Assembly (NCBI GenBank): GCA_044360315.1
Contig: JBIKKO010000003.1
Location: 1,301 to 65,300, forward strand
From: Oligoflexales bacterium
GTDB taxonomy: Bacteria > Bdellovibrionota_B > Oligoflexia > Oligoflexales > RGVZ01
Direction: 5' to 3'
DNA: 64,000 nt
The position numbers were made by a program, and so were the translations under genes. Within the stretch, counting starts at the first letter, position 1. The number at the start of each line of letters is the position of its first letter. Below, in pieces: positions 18,551 to 27,111 of this stretch. The notes beneath the pieces were generated by a model. The model was given only the letters and a program-made list of their open reading frames with translations, ran no database searches and was not told the origin of the DNA.

Positions 18551-20299
18551 ATGGTTGGAATGGTGCAGTTGACAGTCATTTTGTTGGTTCTAGTTTCATG
18601 TCTACGTCCCAGTGGAGCAGTGGTTAGGGTGGTCGGTGGCCAACCGGTTTCCGAGCACAGGCCATGGTTTGTTCAGCTCCTAGATACGGCCCAGTCGTCC
18701 AGAGGCTTTTGCGGTGGTGCACTGGTTGAGGCCCGGGTCGTGATCACCGCGGCCCATTGTATTGATGCTGAGACCATAAACACGTTGCATGTGGCTCTTG
18801 GGTTTGCCGATGGCAATCATCTAAATGTGAATCATCCTGTGAAGGTTCAGGGCGTTATGGTTCATCCCCAGTATGACCCATCTGATGTCGCCTTCGACAT
18901 CGCTGTGCTTTATCTTGAAGACTATGCGGACGCGCAGTTTGAACGGCCCGTTGTTCCTATTCAGTACGCTCGCGATGTTGATCTTCCTGAACGTCTTCAC
19001 CAGCAAGCTCTGGTGATCGGGCTTGGTAATTTGACCTCCATTGGATCTATTTATGATAGTGCGGTCCATGAGGTCGAGGTCCCGTTGCTAACAAAAGATC
19101 TATGTAAGGACATGTTTCCTGACGTGCAAGAATCGACAATCTGTGCTGGCGACCTAACATCGGGTGGTCGTGACAGCTGCCAAGGAGATAGTGGTGGTCC
19201 CATGGTTGCTATGAACAGCAATGGGCAGCTGGAACTTGTGGGCATTGTAAGTCAAGGGGAGGGTTGCGCACAAAAGGAGTCTCCAGGGCTTTATGTGCGG
19301 GTTGCGTCTCATGCAGAGTTTATTGCCGATGCCACGGAAGACTTGACTCCGGAAATCACAGAGCCGGTGGTACCACACGATTTACAGAAGCTTCTGATGA
19401 CCAGGTGCTTGTCTCAGTTTACGTCTATTCCAATAAATCAATCGGACTTAGCAAGTCATTCGCGGACGACAACATTCAGCGTTGATCTTCGTGGTTTTGA
19501 ATTGATGCCTAACGATGAGTTGCCCGTTGGGCGTGTTGTAAACACCTGCCATGTTGTTGAGGGAGATTTGAGGGTCGAGGCAAGCTGGGTGTTGCACGGC
19601 TCAGAAGCCTTAACATCGCGCTCCAAAATTAAGGTTTTTGTCCGCATCAACGGTCAATGGACTCTGGGGTCAAAGGCGCTAAAATTAAAATATCAACAGG
19701 ACACTCTGCTGTGTGCCACCTCCCAGGGGCTGGTGATGTTGGCCGATCAAAGGCGTCAAACGTATGTGATGTTTCGTGATGTCCTTTATAGATTGGGAGA
19801 GCCCGCTGTGCATCCAGGTGATAGTCAGGTGACTTGGGGATGCTCGGTTGGGGATGCGTCAATCGAGGTTTATGAGATTGCGTTAGGTGGATCTGCAAGG
19901 CAGCTTGCTGCGCGCATTCATCATAAAAGTATAGGGACCGTTTCTGTGGCTTTGATACGAAAGGATCGGGATGCTGGTGTTGCAGCGACGCTCAAGGTGC
20001 CGCAGGGCGATACGAAGGGTACTTTGTCCCTACTAAATTTCTCTGATCGTGACCTCTTCACGTGGAGAATGAATTGCCCAGGGCCATTTTCTATAACAAC
20101 GATCGCGGGGGATATTCGCTCGGCGAGGCTAATGGAATCAGGCACGGGATATAGTGTGCTGTTTGATGCAGCTCGCGATCCAGAGGGGCAGCTGATGCGA
20201 GCGTCATCTCTGGTGCTGGAGGTCGAAGCGTCCACCGTGTCGGCACTTGAGGCCTGTGTGATTAACGATGTGATTAATGTTCAGCTAGAGTCATTGTAA
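18551..20299 (+). CDS. secreted trypsin-like (S1) serine protease with ~340-aa uncharacterised C-terminal extension
   Basis: Signal-like MVGMVQLTVILLVLVSCL, then VVGGQPV. Catalytic triad motifs ITAAHC, DIAVLYL and CQGDSGGPMV. The ORF track starts at 18506. Confidence 0.85.
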   Translation: MVGMVQLTVILLVLVSCLRPSGAVVRVVGGQPVSEHRPWFVQLLDTAQSSRGFCGGALVEARVVITAAHCIDAETINTLHVALGFADGNHLNVNHPVKVQGVMVHPQYDPSDVAFDIAVLYLEDYADAQFERPVVPIQYARDVDLPERLHQQALVIGLGNLTSIGSIYDSAVHEVEVPLLTKDLCKDMFPDVQESTICAGDLTSGGRDSCQGDSGGPMVAMNSNGQLELVGIVSQGEGCAQKESPGLYVRVASHAEFIADATEDLTPEITEPVVPHDLQKLLMTRCLSQFTSIPINQSDLASHSRTTTFSVDLRGFELMPNDELPVGRVVNTCHVVEGDLRVEASWVLHGSEALTSRSKIKVFVRINGQWTLGSKALKLKYQQDTLLCATSQGLVMLADQRRQTYVMFRDVLYRLGEPAVHPGDSQVTWGCSVGDASIEVYEIALGGSARQLAARIHHKSIGTVSVALIRKDRDAGVAATLKVPQGDTKGTLSLLNFSDRDLFTWRMNCPGPFSITTIAGDIRSARLMESGTGYSVLFDAARDPEGQLMRASSLVLEVEASTVSALEACVINDVINVQLESL

Positions 20300-20368
20300 A
20301 CGCTAGATGCTCATTAATATTTTTGAAGAGTATCAGTGCGCTTTTTGGATGCCCTCGAAATTAGTTGA

Positions 20369-20581
20369 CTTCAAACCGCTTCATTTGATTTTCCTACCGT
20401 CTATCCCTATAATTACGAGGGGAGGTCAGCCAAGTCTGGTGATATTTATGGTCCGTTATTTTTCGTCAGTATTATCTTCAATTGTTTTCGGCATTGGGTA
20501 TTCCTAGCCCTCAATGACGGTAAAGTCAGAACCCTTCACGACCGCATTGCTGGTACGATTGTGGTCAAGGATCTGGGATAG
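20369..20581 (+). pseudogene. RDD-family membrane protein remnant (C-terminal ~70 codons, no start)
   Basis: Hand translation of the frame ending at TAG 20579-20581 gives ...GDIYGPLFFVSIIFNCFRHWVFLALNDGKVRTLHDRIAGTIVVKDLG*. The tail resembles the RDD-family C-terminus (...RQxLHDxxAGTxVV). The frame opens only at 20369 after a TGA and has no start codon. Confidence 0.4.
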
Positions 20582-20589
20582 ACATTAGT

Positions 20590-22149
20590 TTAGGGTCCGA
20601 GCAGTTGGATTGTGCCAGACGAGCTTGTTTTTTGGGTGACAGAAAATAGGGATGGGGTCCAGTGAATATTGTTATCCATGCTATAGGTGACTGGGGCTGA
20701 GGGTTCGGTTGCCGATCCCGTCGTAGTCTCCTTTGTTTTTGGAACCAGCTTGTTGAGTTTGCGACGCAGTTCGGTTTTTTTCTGGGACAATTGTAATGGG
20801 ACTTCTACGGCTCTCCAGGCTAAAAGGGAAAAGTCAGCTTGTTCGACTTTGTCAGGTGGTAGAAGAAGCGGTGAGTCGTTTGTGGCCAAGCGTATCGGTG
20901 CCGGAAGTGCTAAATAGGATCCTTGAAGGTCAACAAAGTATGATCCGTTTAGGAAGCCATCCCAGGGAGTGATAAGACCTTTGCTGCGCCATTCATAATG
21001 TCCGAAAAGAGGGATGTGACGAACACCGAGGTAGCGAAAAATCTTGGCAAAGTGCCGTACGATTTTAAATGTATCGGGTATCATGATGGCATCTTGTTGA
21101 ATGTCTGGCTGTAAGGCGACCATTTTTGGATTAAATCGCTCCCCATTCTCTTGAGCATGTTTTTTAGCAGTTTCATATAGTTTTTTTAGCTCATCGCGTC
21201 TTTCGATAGGGTCAAGTCGAAAGATTTTTCGGGCAGCTGCTTCCATTAGATCAAAACGTTTGGCGTCGTAGGTAACTTGATGAATAACGGAGATGTCAGC
21301 TTTCTTGGCGGCCTCTGTGTAGTGTCCAATGAATCGTTGTGCCCGTTGATCGTTCGGCATGAGTAGGGAGACGCGTTTATGGCCAAAGCGTTGGTTGCCG
21401 GCAACGGCAGCGTCAGCAAGGACTTTTTGACTTGGATATGCATTAAATATAAACGGCGATGGGGTAGTTCCACCTGAAGGTTCAATCAATAAAAACAACG
21501 GTATCTGCAGTCGGGGTGCCCACATCTTCAGTAAATTGGCATCATCTGGTTCTGATCCACCAATGATGGTGGAGACTTTGTGCTCGAAAATTAACGAGGC
21601 CAAGCCCTCAGCGGTTTTTTCTGGCTTCCCCTGGTTGTCGATGATCACAAAAACTTTTTGTGGGTCGAGATTCTCATGTCGTGCGCGCTTTTCGAATGCA
21701 GCTATCAGTAGGCGTAAGTGTGGCTTGGCGCCTATTGGTAGAATAATACCAACCCGGCCCGTGTGATGATTTAGAATTTTAGCAAGGAGCGTGATAAACT
21801 GAAGTTTTGTTTCCTCATCTTTGCAATGTTCAGGCGTCATTTCGTCAATTAATGCATACCCGTCAGTATGCTCAATCCTTAAATCTTTGGACCGTTTACT
21901 CCATAGCTCTTTAAAGGATGGTATAAATCTAGTGTATAGCTTCAGGCAGGTATCTTCAGTCGCACTCGAAGCTGTTGGGTTGGTGGGTGGTCGATGATGA
22001 CCTGCTTTTTGTGGATCATGCCGCGTGCTTGATGGTTGTGTTGAGGGTGATGCGGGTTTCTCCAATTGGGCGTGCGACATAGGACTCTGAGCCGAGATTA
22101 AAACGGCGAGCGTGAGTATTTTTGCACGTCTGTTAATGTCTAAAAACAT
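20590..22149 (-). CDS. secreted periplasmic-binding-protein-fold protein, possible LpoA-like PBP1A partner
   Basis: The ORF track starts at 22293, deep inside mrcA. ATG 22149 gives MFLDINRRAKILTLAVLISAQSPMSHA (signal peptide). A Pro/Ser/Thr-rich linker follows, then a type-I PBP-like core (GIILPIG...VFVIIDNQGKPEKTAEGLASLI..VSTIIGG). It overlaps the mrcA stop by 17 nt. Confidence 0.45.
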   Translation of the reverse strand: MFLDINRRAKILTLAVLISAQSPMSHAQLEKPASPSTQPSSTRHDPQKAGHHRPPTNPTASSATEDTCLKLYTRFIPSFKELWSKRSKDLRIEHTDGYALIDEMTPEHCKDEETKLQFITLLAKILNHHTGRVGIILPIGAKPHLRLLIAAFEKRARHENLDPQKVFVIIDNQGKPEKTAEGLASLIFEHKVSTIIGGSEPDDANLLKMWAPRLQIPLFLLIEPSGGTTPSPFIFNAYPSQKVLADAAVAGNQRFGHKRVSLLMPNDQRAQRFIGHYTEAAKKADISVIHQVTYDAKRFDLMEAAARKIFRLDPIERRDELKKLYETAKKHAQENGERFNPKMVALQPDIQQDAIMIPDTFKIVRHFAKIFRYLGVRHIPLFGHYEWRSKGLITPWDGFLNGSYFVDLQGSYLALPAPIRLATNDSPLLLPPDKVEQADFSLLAWRAVEVPLQLSQKKTELRRKLNKLVPKTKETTTGSATEPSAPVTYSMDNNIHWTPSLFSVTQKTSSSGTIQLLGP

Positions 22150-24256
22150 TGCGGTAAGTTCCTTCGCTCGTTCGGTCAATAGCTTCAAGTGCCGACGACG
22201 TTTCAATCGGTTGGTTGTTTTGAAGGAAAAACATGGCCGCTCCCCCATTCGAAACTTTGTGTCCATAGAGAGGGTGGATGCGAGCTTCTGCAATACCTTC
22301 AGGGCGGTTGAATTTTGTTGGCGGTCTGACGGGATAAGAGTTGCGTATAAACTGGTCCCAAATAGGTAGGGCTAACGCACTGCCTGAGGCCTTTGCATGA
22401 ATGGGGGCATGCTCGTCAGTACCAACCCAGACAACAGATACCATGTTTGGCGTATATCCGCAAAACCAATTATCAGAGCTATCGTTACTTGTACCAGTCT
22501 TTCCGGCAGCAACGGAGGCAAGGTCAGCGCTGGTGAATCCCGTCCCACTTGTGAGGACAGCGCGCATTCCTTGGGTCATTAGGTAGGCTATCTGTTCGCT
22601 GATGGCACGGCGCTGGCGTTTTTCGAGTATAGGACGCTCCCATAAGACCTCGCCGTCAGCTGTCGTGATTTTGGTAATCGGCGCGAGTTCAGTCAGTATT
22701 CCTTGATTGGCGAAACTTCCGTAGAGACGGGCTATGTCCATCATCGTCACATCCGACGACCCAAGTGCTGATCCGAATTCCTGCTTTATGGGCGAGCGAA
22801 TTCCCAGCTGTCTTGCGCGGTCGATTATTGCGGGGAGTCCGATTTCGCTAGCTATCTCGATCGTCGGAGAGTTCATAGAACGATAGAAGGCGCGCATCAT
22901 GGTCGTTTCCGTCAGGTAGTCGTCTTCCATATTTTTTGGGCGATAATTTTCAATATTGACTGGAGAAACATAAATAACATCACTCCACTTGTAGCCACGA
23001 CGCAACGCCTCCGCGTATACGACAGGTTTAAAGGCAGACCCTGGCGATCGCATCGCTGAGGTCGTTCTGTTAAACTGGGACCGCTTGTAGTTGCGACCTC
23101 CGACCATGGCAAGGATATCGCCTGTGTTCGGATCTGTGACGAGCATCGAGGCCTCGATCGCAGCATGCTTGAATTCTGATGTCCCGAGAACTTTCACCTT
23201 TCCAGTTCGATTGGCCAGATCATCTAATCTTGCATCGTACCAGGATATCGTTTTTTCAGCCAAAGACTGCAGTTTAGAGTTCAATGTGGTGTGAATTCGA
23301 AGACCAGACATCTTGTTGATATGAGGGTTTTCAAGACGGAGCTTCTTTAGAGAGTCGGAAATGTAATCGACAAACCATGATGCCGCTTGAGTGTTTATAT
23401 ACTTGTATTCACGATATGTTAGTTTTGCTTCGGCCATCGCGGTAGCCTCTGAGCTACTAATCATCTTTTGACGCTTCATGGCGGCGATGACTTGCTTTTG
23501 TCGCTGCTTTGCGCGATCCGGGAATTTAGCCGGATTGTAACGGCTAGGGGATTGAAACAAACCCGCAAGAAGAGCGCCTTCGGCCGGCGTTATGTGGCGC
23601 ATCTCTTTACCAAAATAGCGATGAGCGGCTGCTCCAACACCGTAGCTGCCATTTCCCAGGAACATAATATTGACGTAAAGTTCGAGAATCTTCTCCTTTG
23701 TCAGTTGTTTTTCAACCTCAAGTGCCCAGGCTATCTCTTGAATTTTTCTTTCGATGGTCTTCTCTCGATGTAGTAGAGTATTTCTCACTAGCTGTTGAGT
23801 GATTGTGCTTGCTCCCTGTTTTGAGGGTTTTGATCGTAGTCGAGCAACAATGGCGCGAACAATAGCCTTGTGGTCGATGCCTTTGTGAGCAAAAAACTTA
23901 GCGTCTTCAACCGCAATCAATGAGTTGATAAATGATTTTGGAAGTTCTTCATACGGGACAAAAACGTGGTAGCGATCGAAAAATTCTCCAATCTTCTGTT
24001 GCTCGCTATCTAATACGATCGAATTGTCTTTATATCGGTAGTTTTGGAGCGCGGAAATACGATTCTTGTCGATTTCAAAGATGCCCAGTGCGGAAAGCCA
24101 CCAATAGGTCCAAGCTAGTCCGGAAAGTGAAGCAATTACAAACGAGACGCCTAAGACTCGCAGCGGCCGAATGCGCTGACTTTTCAAAAAGCCTTGTCTT
24201 CGCCCAGAAGGTTCAGGCGAAGAGACGGGCTCAATTGATCTAGGCTCGGTTTTCAA
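22133..24256 (-). CDS. mrcA: class A penicillin-binding protein PBP1A (glycosyltransferase/transpeptidase)
   Basis: 707 aa with an N-terminal TM anchor. GT51 motifs EDAKFFAHKGID, GASTITQQL and RKIQE. Transpeptidase motif SAFKP, then KTGTSND. Confidence 0.9.
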   Translation of the reverse strand: MKTEPRSIEPVSSPEPSGRRQGFLKSQRIRPLRVLGVSFVIASLSGLAWTYWWLSALGIFEIDKNRISALQNYRYKDNSIVLDSEQQKIGEFFDRYHVFVPYEELPKSFINSLIAVEDAKFFAHKGIDHKAIVRAIVARLRSKPSKQGASTITQQLVRNTLLHREKTIERKIQEIAWALEVEKQLTKEKILELYVNIMFLGNGSYGVGAAAHRYFGKEMRHITPAEGALLAGLFQSPSRYNPAKFPDRAKQRQKQVIAAMKRQKMISSSEATAMAEAKLTYREYKYINTQAASWFVDYISDSLKKLRLENPHINKMSGLRIHTTLNSKLQSLAEKTISWYDARLDDLANRTGKVKVLGTSEFKHAAIEASMLVTDPNTGDILAMVGGRNYKRSQFNRTTSAMRSPGSAFKPVVYAEALRRGYKWSDVIYVSPVNIENYRPKNMEDDYLTETTMMRAFYRSMNSPTIEIASEIGLPAIIDRARQLGIRSPIKQEFGSALGSSDVTMMDIARLYGSFANQGILTELAPITKITTADGEVLWERPILEKRQRRAISEQIAYLMTQGMRAVLTSGTGFTSADLASVAAGKTGTSNDSSDNWFCGYTPNMVSVVWVGTDEHAPIHAKASGSALALPIWDQFIRNSYPVRPPTKFNRPEGIAEARIHPLYGHKVSNGGAAMFFLQNNQPIETSSALEAIDRTSEGTYRNVFRH

Positions 24257-24465
24257 TGTTAGCGTTTCCTGAATCTCTGTTAATTATAGATGGTATCGGT
24301 GTGAAAGGGGTGTGCTTTATCGAGTTAGGCTTTCCGGTAGCGGCCTCCTTTCCGTAAGAGCCTGTATTTATTGTATAGAAAATCATTTTTGTATTTACGT
24401 CTAATGGATCTAAGGTAATTGTCGATACCTTCCACGGGTTGGGACAACCCTAGGCGTGAGGAGGT

Positions 24466-25533
24466 TTGATTGTGGTAATGCGCATGCCGTCAAGGCCCGT
24501 TAGCTTGTTGCTTGTCTGTCACAATCGAAGTGAAGGCAGTGTGATGCGTATTACGCTTGAGGAAACGGTTGGTGATTTGCTTAGTCGCGTGTTCCTAAAG
24601 AACGACGTGCGCGAGGCATTTGAAGTCTATAAGGAGCATCATCCCGATATTGTGATCATGTGTGGGTTTGAAAGCGGGTTTTCAGAGGCCTTAACGATCA
24701 ATATCCGAAGACTGGATGGGAAGCGTCATACGGGAATTATCGTTATGGCCCCTGTTGATGAGAGTGTCGATCAAACTGTCGCAAACAATTATCATGCGGG
24801 TGCTGATGATGTGATCTCATCAAACACGAGCTTGTCGATTCTGAGATCAAAAATGATAACTGTCATTAATCACAAAATCGCTGCAGATGAGTTACGGACG
24901 GCCATTCACAAGTTAGCGGTTATGAGTCTCACCGATGAGTTGACTGGTTTGTGCAATATGCGTGGGTTCTTGAATAAGTTTGATAAGGCCTTAGAGCGAT
25001 GTGCTAGCTCAGATGCAGGGATGGCCGTCTTGATGCTGGACTTGGATCATTTTAAACGAATCAATGACACGATGAATCATTTGGTTGGCAGTCAGGTGAT
25101 CAAGATGGTTGGCCATATCATTAGAAAGCCCGACAGGCTTGAACCGTTGGACTTCGCAGGTCGATATGGTGGTGACGAATATATTGTGGTACTGCATGGG
25201 GCTGGTTTTGAATCCTTGATGAAAAAAGCCGATGACATTCGCGATGAGATTTTTAGGTCAGAATTTCGCTTTAACGATATGGTGGTGAGGGTAACGTGTA
25301 GTATGGGCCTTTGCTTTGTGCCACCCGGAACCAAGGCTTTGGGCGATGATGTGATAAAAGCTGCCGATGCAATGCTCTACCGCAGCAAGGAGCAAGGACG
25401 AAATCGAGTGGCTGGCATAAGGTTAGGGGATCCTATTAATTTTGACCATGTTAGTCGGACGAACCTGGTTGATCGGGATGCCGGCGGTGATGACGATAGT
25501 GTCCCCAGAATCGACTATGCCAAAGCTCTTTAG
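24466..25533 (+). CDS. diguanylate cyclase (GGDEF, motif GGDEY) with degenerate receiver-like N-terminal domain
   Basis: GGDEF-domain motifs LTGLCNMRGF, LMLDLDHFKRINDT, RYGGDEYIVVL and YRSKEQGRNRV. The N-terminal ~120 aa are REC-like but lack the acidic pocket and phospho-Asp (LLVCHN, PDIVIMCGFESG). GAGGAGG at 24457-24463 favours GTG 24472 or ATG 24478 as the start. Confidence 0.8.
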   Translation: MIVVMRMPSRPVSLLLVCHNRSEGSVMRITLEETVGDLLSRVFLKNDVREAFEVYKEHHPDIVIMCGFESGFSEALTINIRRLDGKRHTGIIVMAPVDESVDQTVANNYHAGADDVISSNTSLSILRSKMITVINHKIAADELRTAIHKLAVMSLTDELTGLCNMRGFLNKFDKALERCASSDAGMAVLMLDLDHFKRINDTMNHLVGSQVIKMVGHIIRKPDRLEPLDFAGRYGGDEYIVVLHGAGFESLMKKADDIRDEIFRSEFRFNDMVVRVTCSMGLCFVPPGTKALGDDVIKAADAMLYRSKEQGRNRVAGIRLGDPINFDHVSRTNLVDRDAGGDDDSVPRIDYAKAL

Positions 25534-26913
25534 TAATTCTGGAAGCTGCTGAAGTAGTTCGTCTGTATTATAAAATAGAGGATTTTGTACGCCGTAGCAT
25601 CCCCAAATGAGGCTGATGCGAGCAGCAACCTCAGGGCGAGGGGAAATGGCGATGACGGGAGTCTTAGGGCGCCACTTCGCCATGCTGCGAGCAATGCTTC
25701 CCGTCAATGTCAGAGCGACAATGGCTTTTGCGTTTAGGGAGTCTGCAGCTTCACAGGCGGCGCGAGCAATCGCTTCGTGGTCCTCCCATGTGCGAGAGCG
25801 ATCAAGATCATCCGTAGAGTAGCGATCAGGGCGCTTAAATGTCCAGTGCTCGACTTCGCGGATGATTCTTGCCATTGTCTTCACGCATTCGACTGGGTAC
25901 TTTCCCGAGGCGACCTCACCCGACAGCATGACGCAATCTGCGCCGTCAAGTACGCCATTGGCGACATCAGCGACTTCGGCCAGTGTTGCCTGTGGGTTTT
26001 CAATCATCGACTCTAGCATTTGGGTGGCCACAATGACTGGCTTGGCGTGGCGTGCTCCCGCCGCTAAAATCATGCGCTGATAGCCTGGCACCCGCTCTAC
26101 ATTGCCTTCCACGCCAAGATCGCCGCGCGCAACCATAAGAGCATCAGCGGCTTGCGCGATTTCATCAATGGTCGCAATCGCGGGTAGCTTTTCGATTTTT
26201 GCAATGACCGGAATGTCAGATCCCATTGCTTTAATCATCTTTTTAATGCCGTGGATGTCAGACGGGTCTTGCACAAATGATAGAGCGACGTAGTCGACTC
26301 CATTTTGGATGCCGAACAATAAGTCGCGGCTGTCTTTTTCCGTCATTGCTGGCAGAGAGAGCTTTGCGTCAGGAAAGTTGACGCCTTTTCTTGGCTTTAA
26401 GAGACCACCGTTTTCTACCCTGACAATTACGTTTTGACCTTTTATATCCTCAATGCGCAGGATGAAGTTACCGTCATCCATCATCACCCTTTGACCCACG
26501 GCGACGTCTTTGACAAGATCTTTGTAATCGATGGGGATCACAGTGGGATTCGTCTGTTCAACGCCGTAAACGAGGGTGTAGGTTTCTCCAGTCTTTATCT
26601 CAATACCGCCATTTAGCAATTTACCGCAGCGGATCTTTGGGCCCTGCAGGTCTTGGAGTAAGGCTACCGGGTGTCCGGTTTCCTCTGATAACCGACGAAT
26701 CAGATCGATATTTCTTTTGTGGGTTTCATAATCGCCATGACTGAAGTTAAGTCTTGCAATATTGAGTCCGGCCAATATCAATTCGCGCAGTACAGCCTCG
26801 CTAGACGACGAAGGGCCAAGTGTGCCAATAATTTTACAGTGCCGAATGTCCTCAGCTGCGGCCTTATGGAAGTTTGGAAGCTTAAGTGAAGCGTTCGGCT
26901 TAGCCTGTGACAT
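25423..26913 (-). CDS. pyk: pyruvate kinase
   Basis: 496 aa. KIIGTLGPSS, ARLNFSHG, GPKIR, MVARGDLGVE and the C-terminal regulatory domain. Confidence 0.9.
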   Translation of the reverse strand: MSQAKPNASLKLPNFHKAAAEDIRHCKIIGTLGPSSSSEAVLRELILAGLNIARLNFSHGDYETHKRNIDLIRRLSEETGHPVALLQDLQGPKIRCGKLLNGGIEIKTGETYTLVYGVEQTNPTVIPIDYKDLVKDVAVGQRVMMDDGNFILRIEDIKGQNVIVRVENGGLLKPRKGVNFPDAKLSLPAMTEKDSRDLLFGIQNGVDYVALSFVQDPSDIHGIKKMIKAMGSDIPVIAKIEKLPAIATIDEIAQAADALMVARGDLGVEGNVERVPGYQRMILAAGARHAKPVIVATQMLESMIENPQATLAEVADVANGVLDGADCVMLSGEVASGKYPVECVKTMARIIREVEHWTFKRPDRYSTDDLDRSRTWEDHEAIARAACEAADSLNAKAIVALTLTGSIARSMAKWRPKTPVIAISPRPEVAARISLIWGCYGVQNPLFYNTDELLQQLPELLKSFGIVDSGDTIVITAGIPINQVRPTNMVKINRIP

Positions 26914-27111
26914 GGCGGTCCTCGTAATTCATGTTTGTTGCGTGATGCTTCAGCTGGTGATTTTTCTTACAATAGCTGAAAACTTAAAAGCTTTTGACAT
27001 GTTACACGTCAAATGCGCGGTCGTCAAAGCGGGGTTCATACGGCGGGCACTAATGCTACTGCTTTGGGCAGCCGAAGTTAACATCCGGGATTTATTATAT
27101 AGTCTGGAGAC

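Noticed and set aside
20307-20507. 66-aa ORF in the protease/LpoA-like intergenic gap.
   Set aside because: Odd composition, no RBS and no motif. The region is better explained by the RDD-family remnant in another frame.
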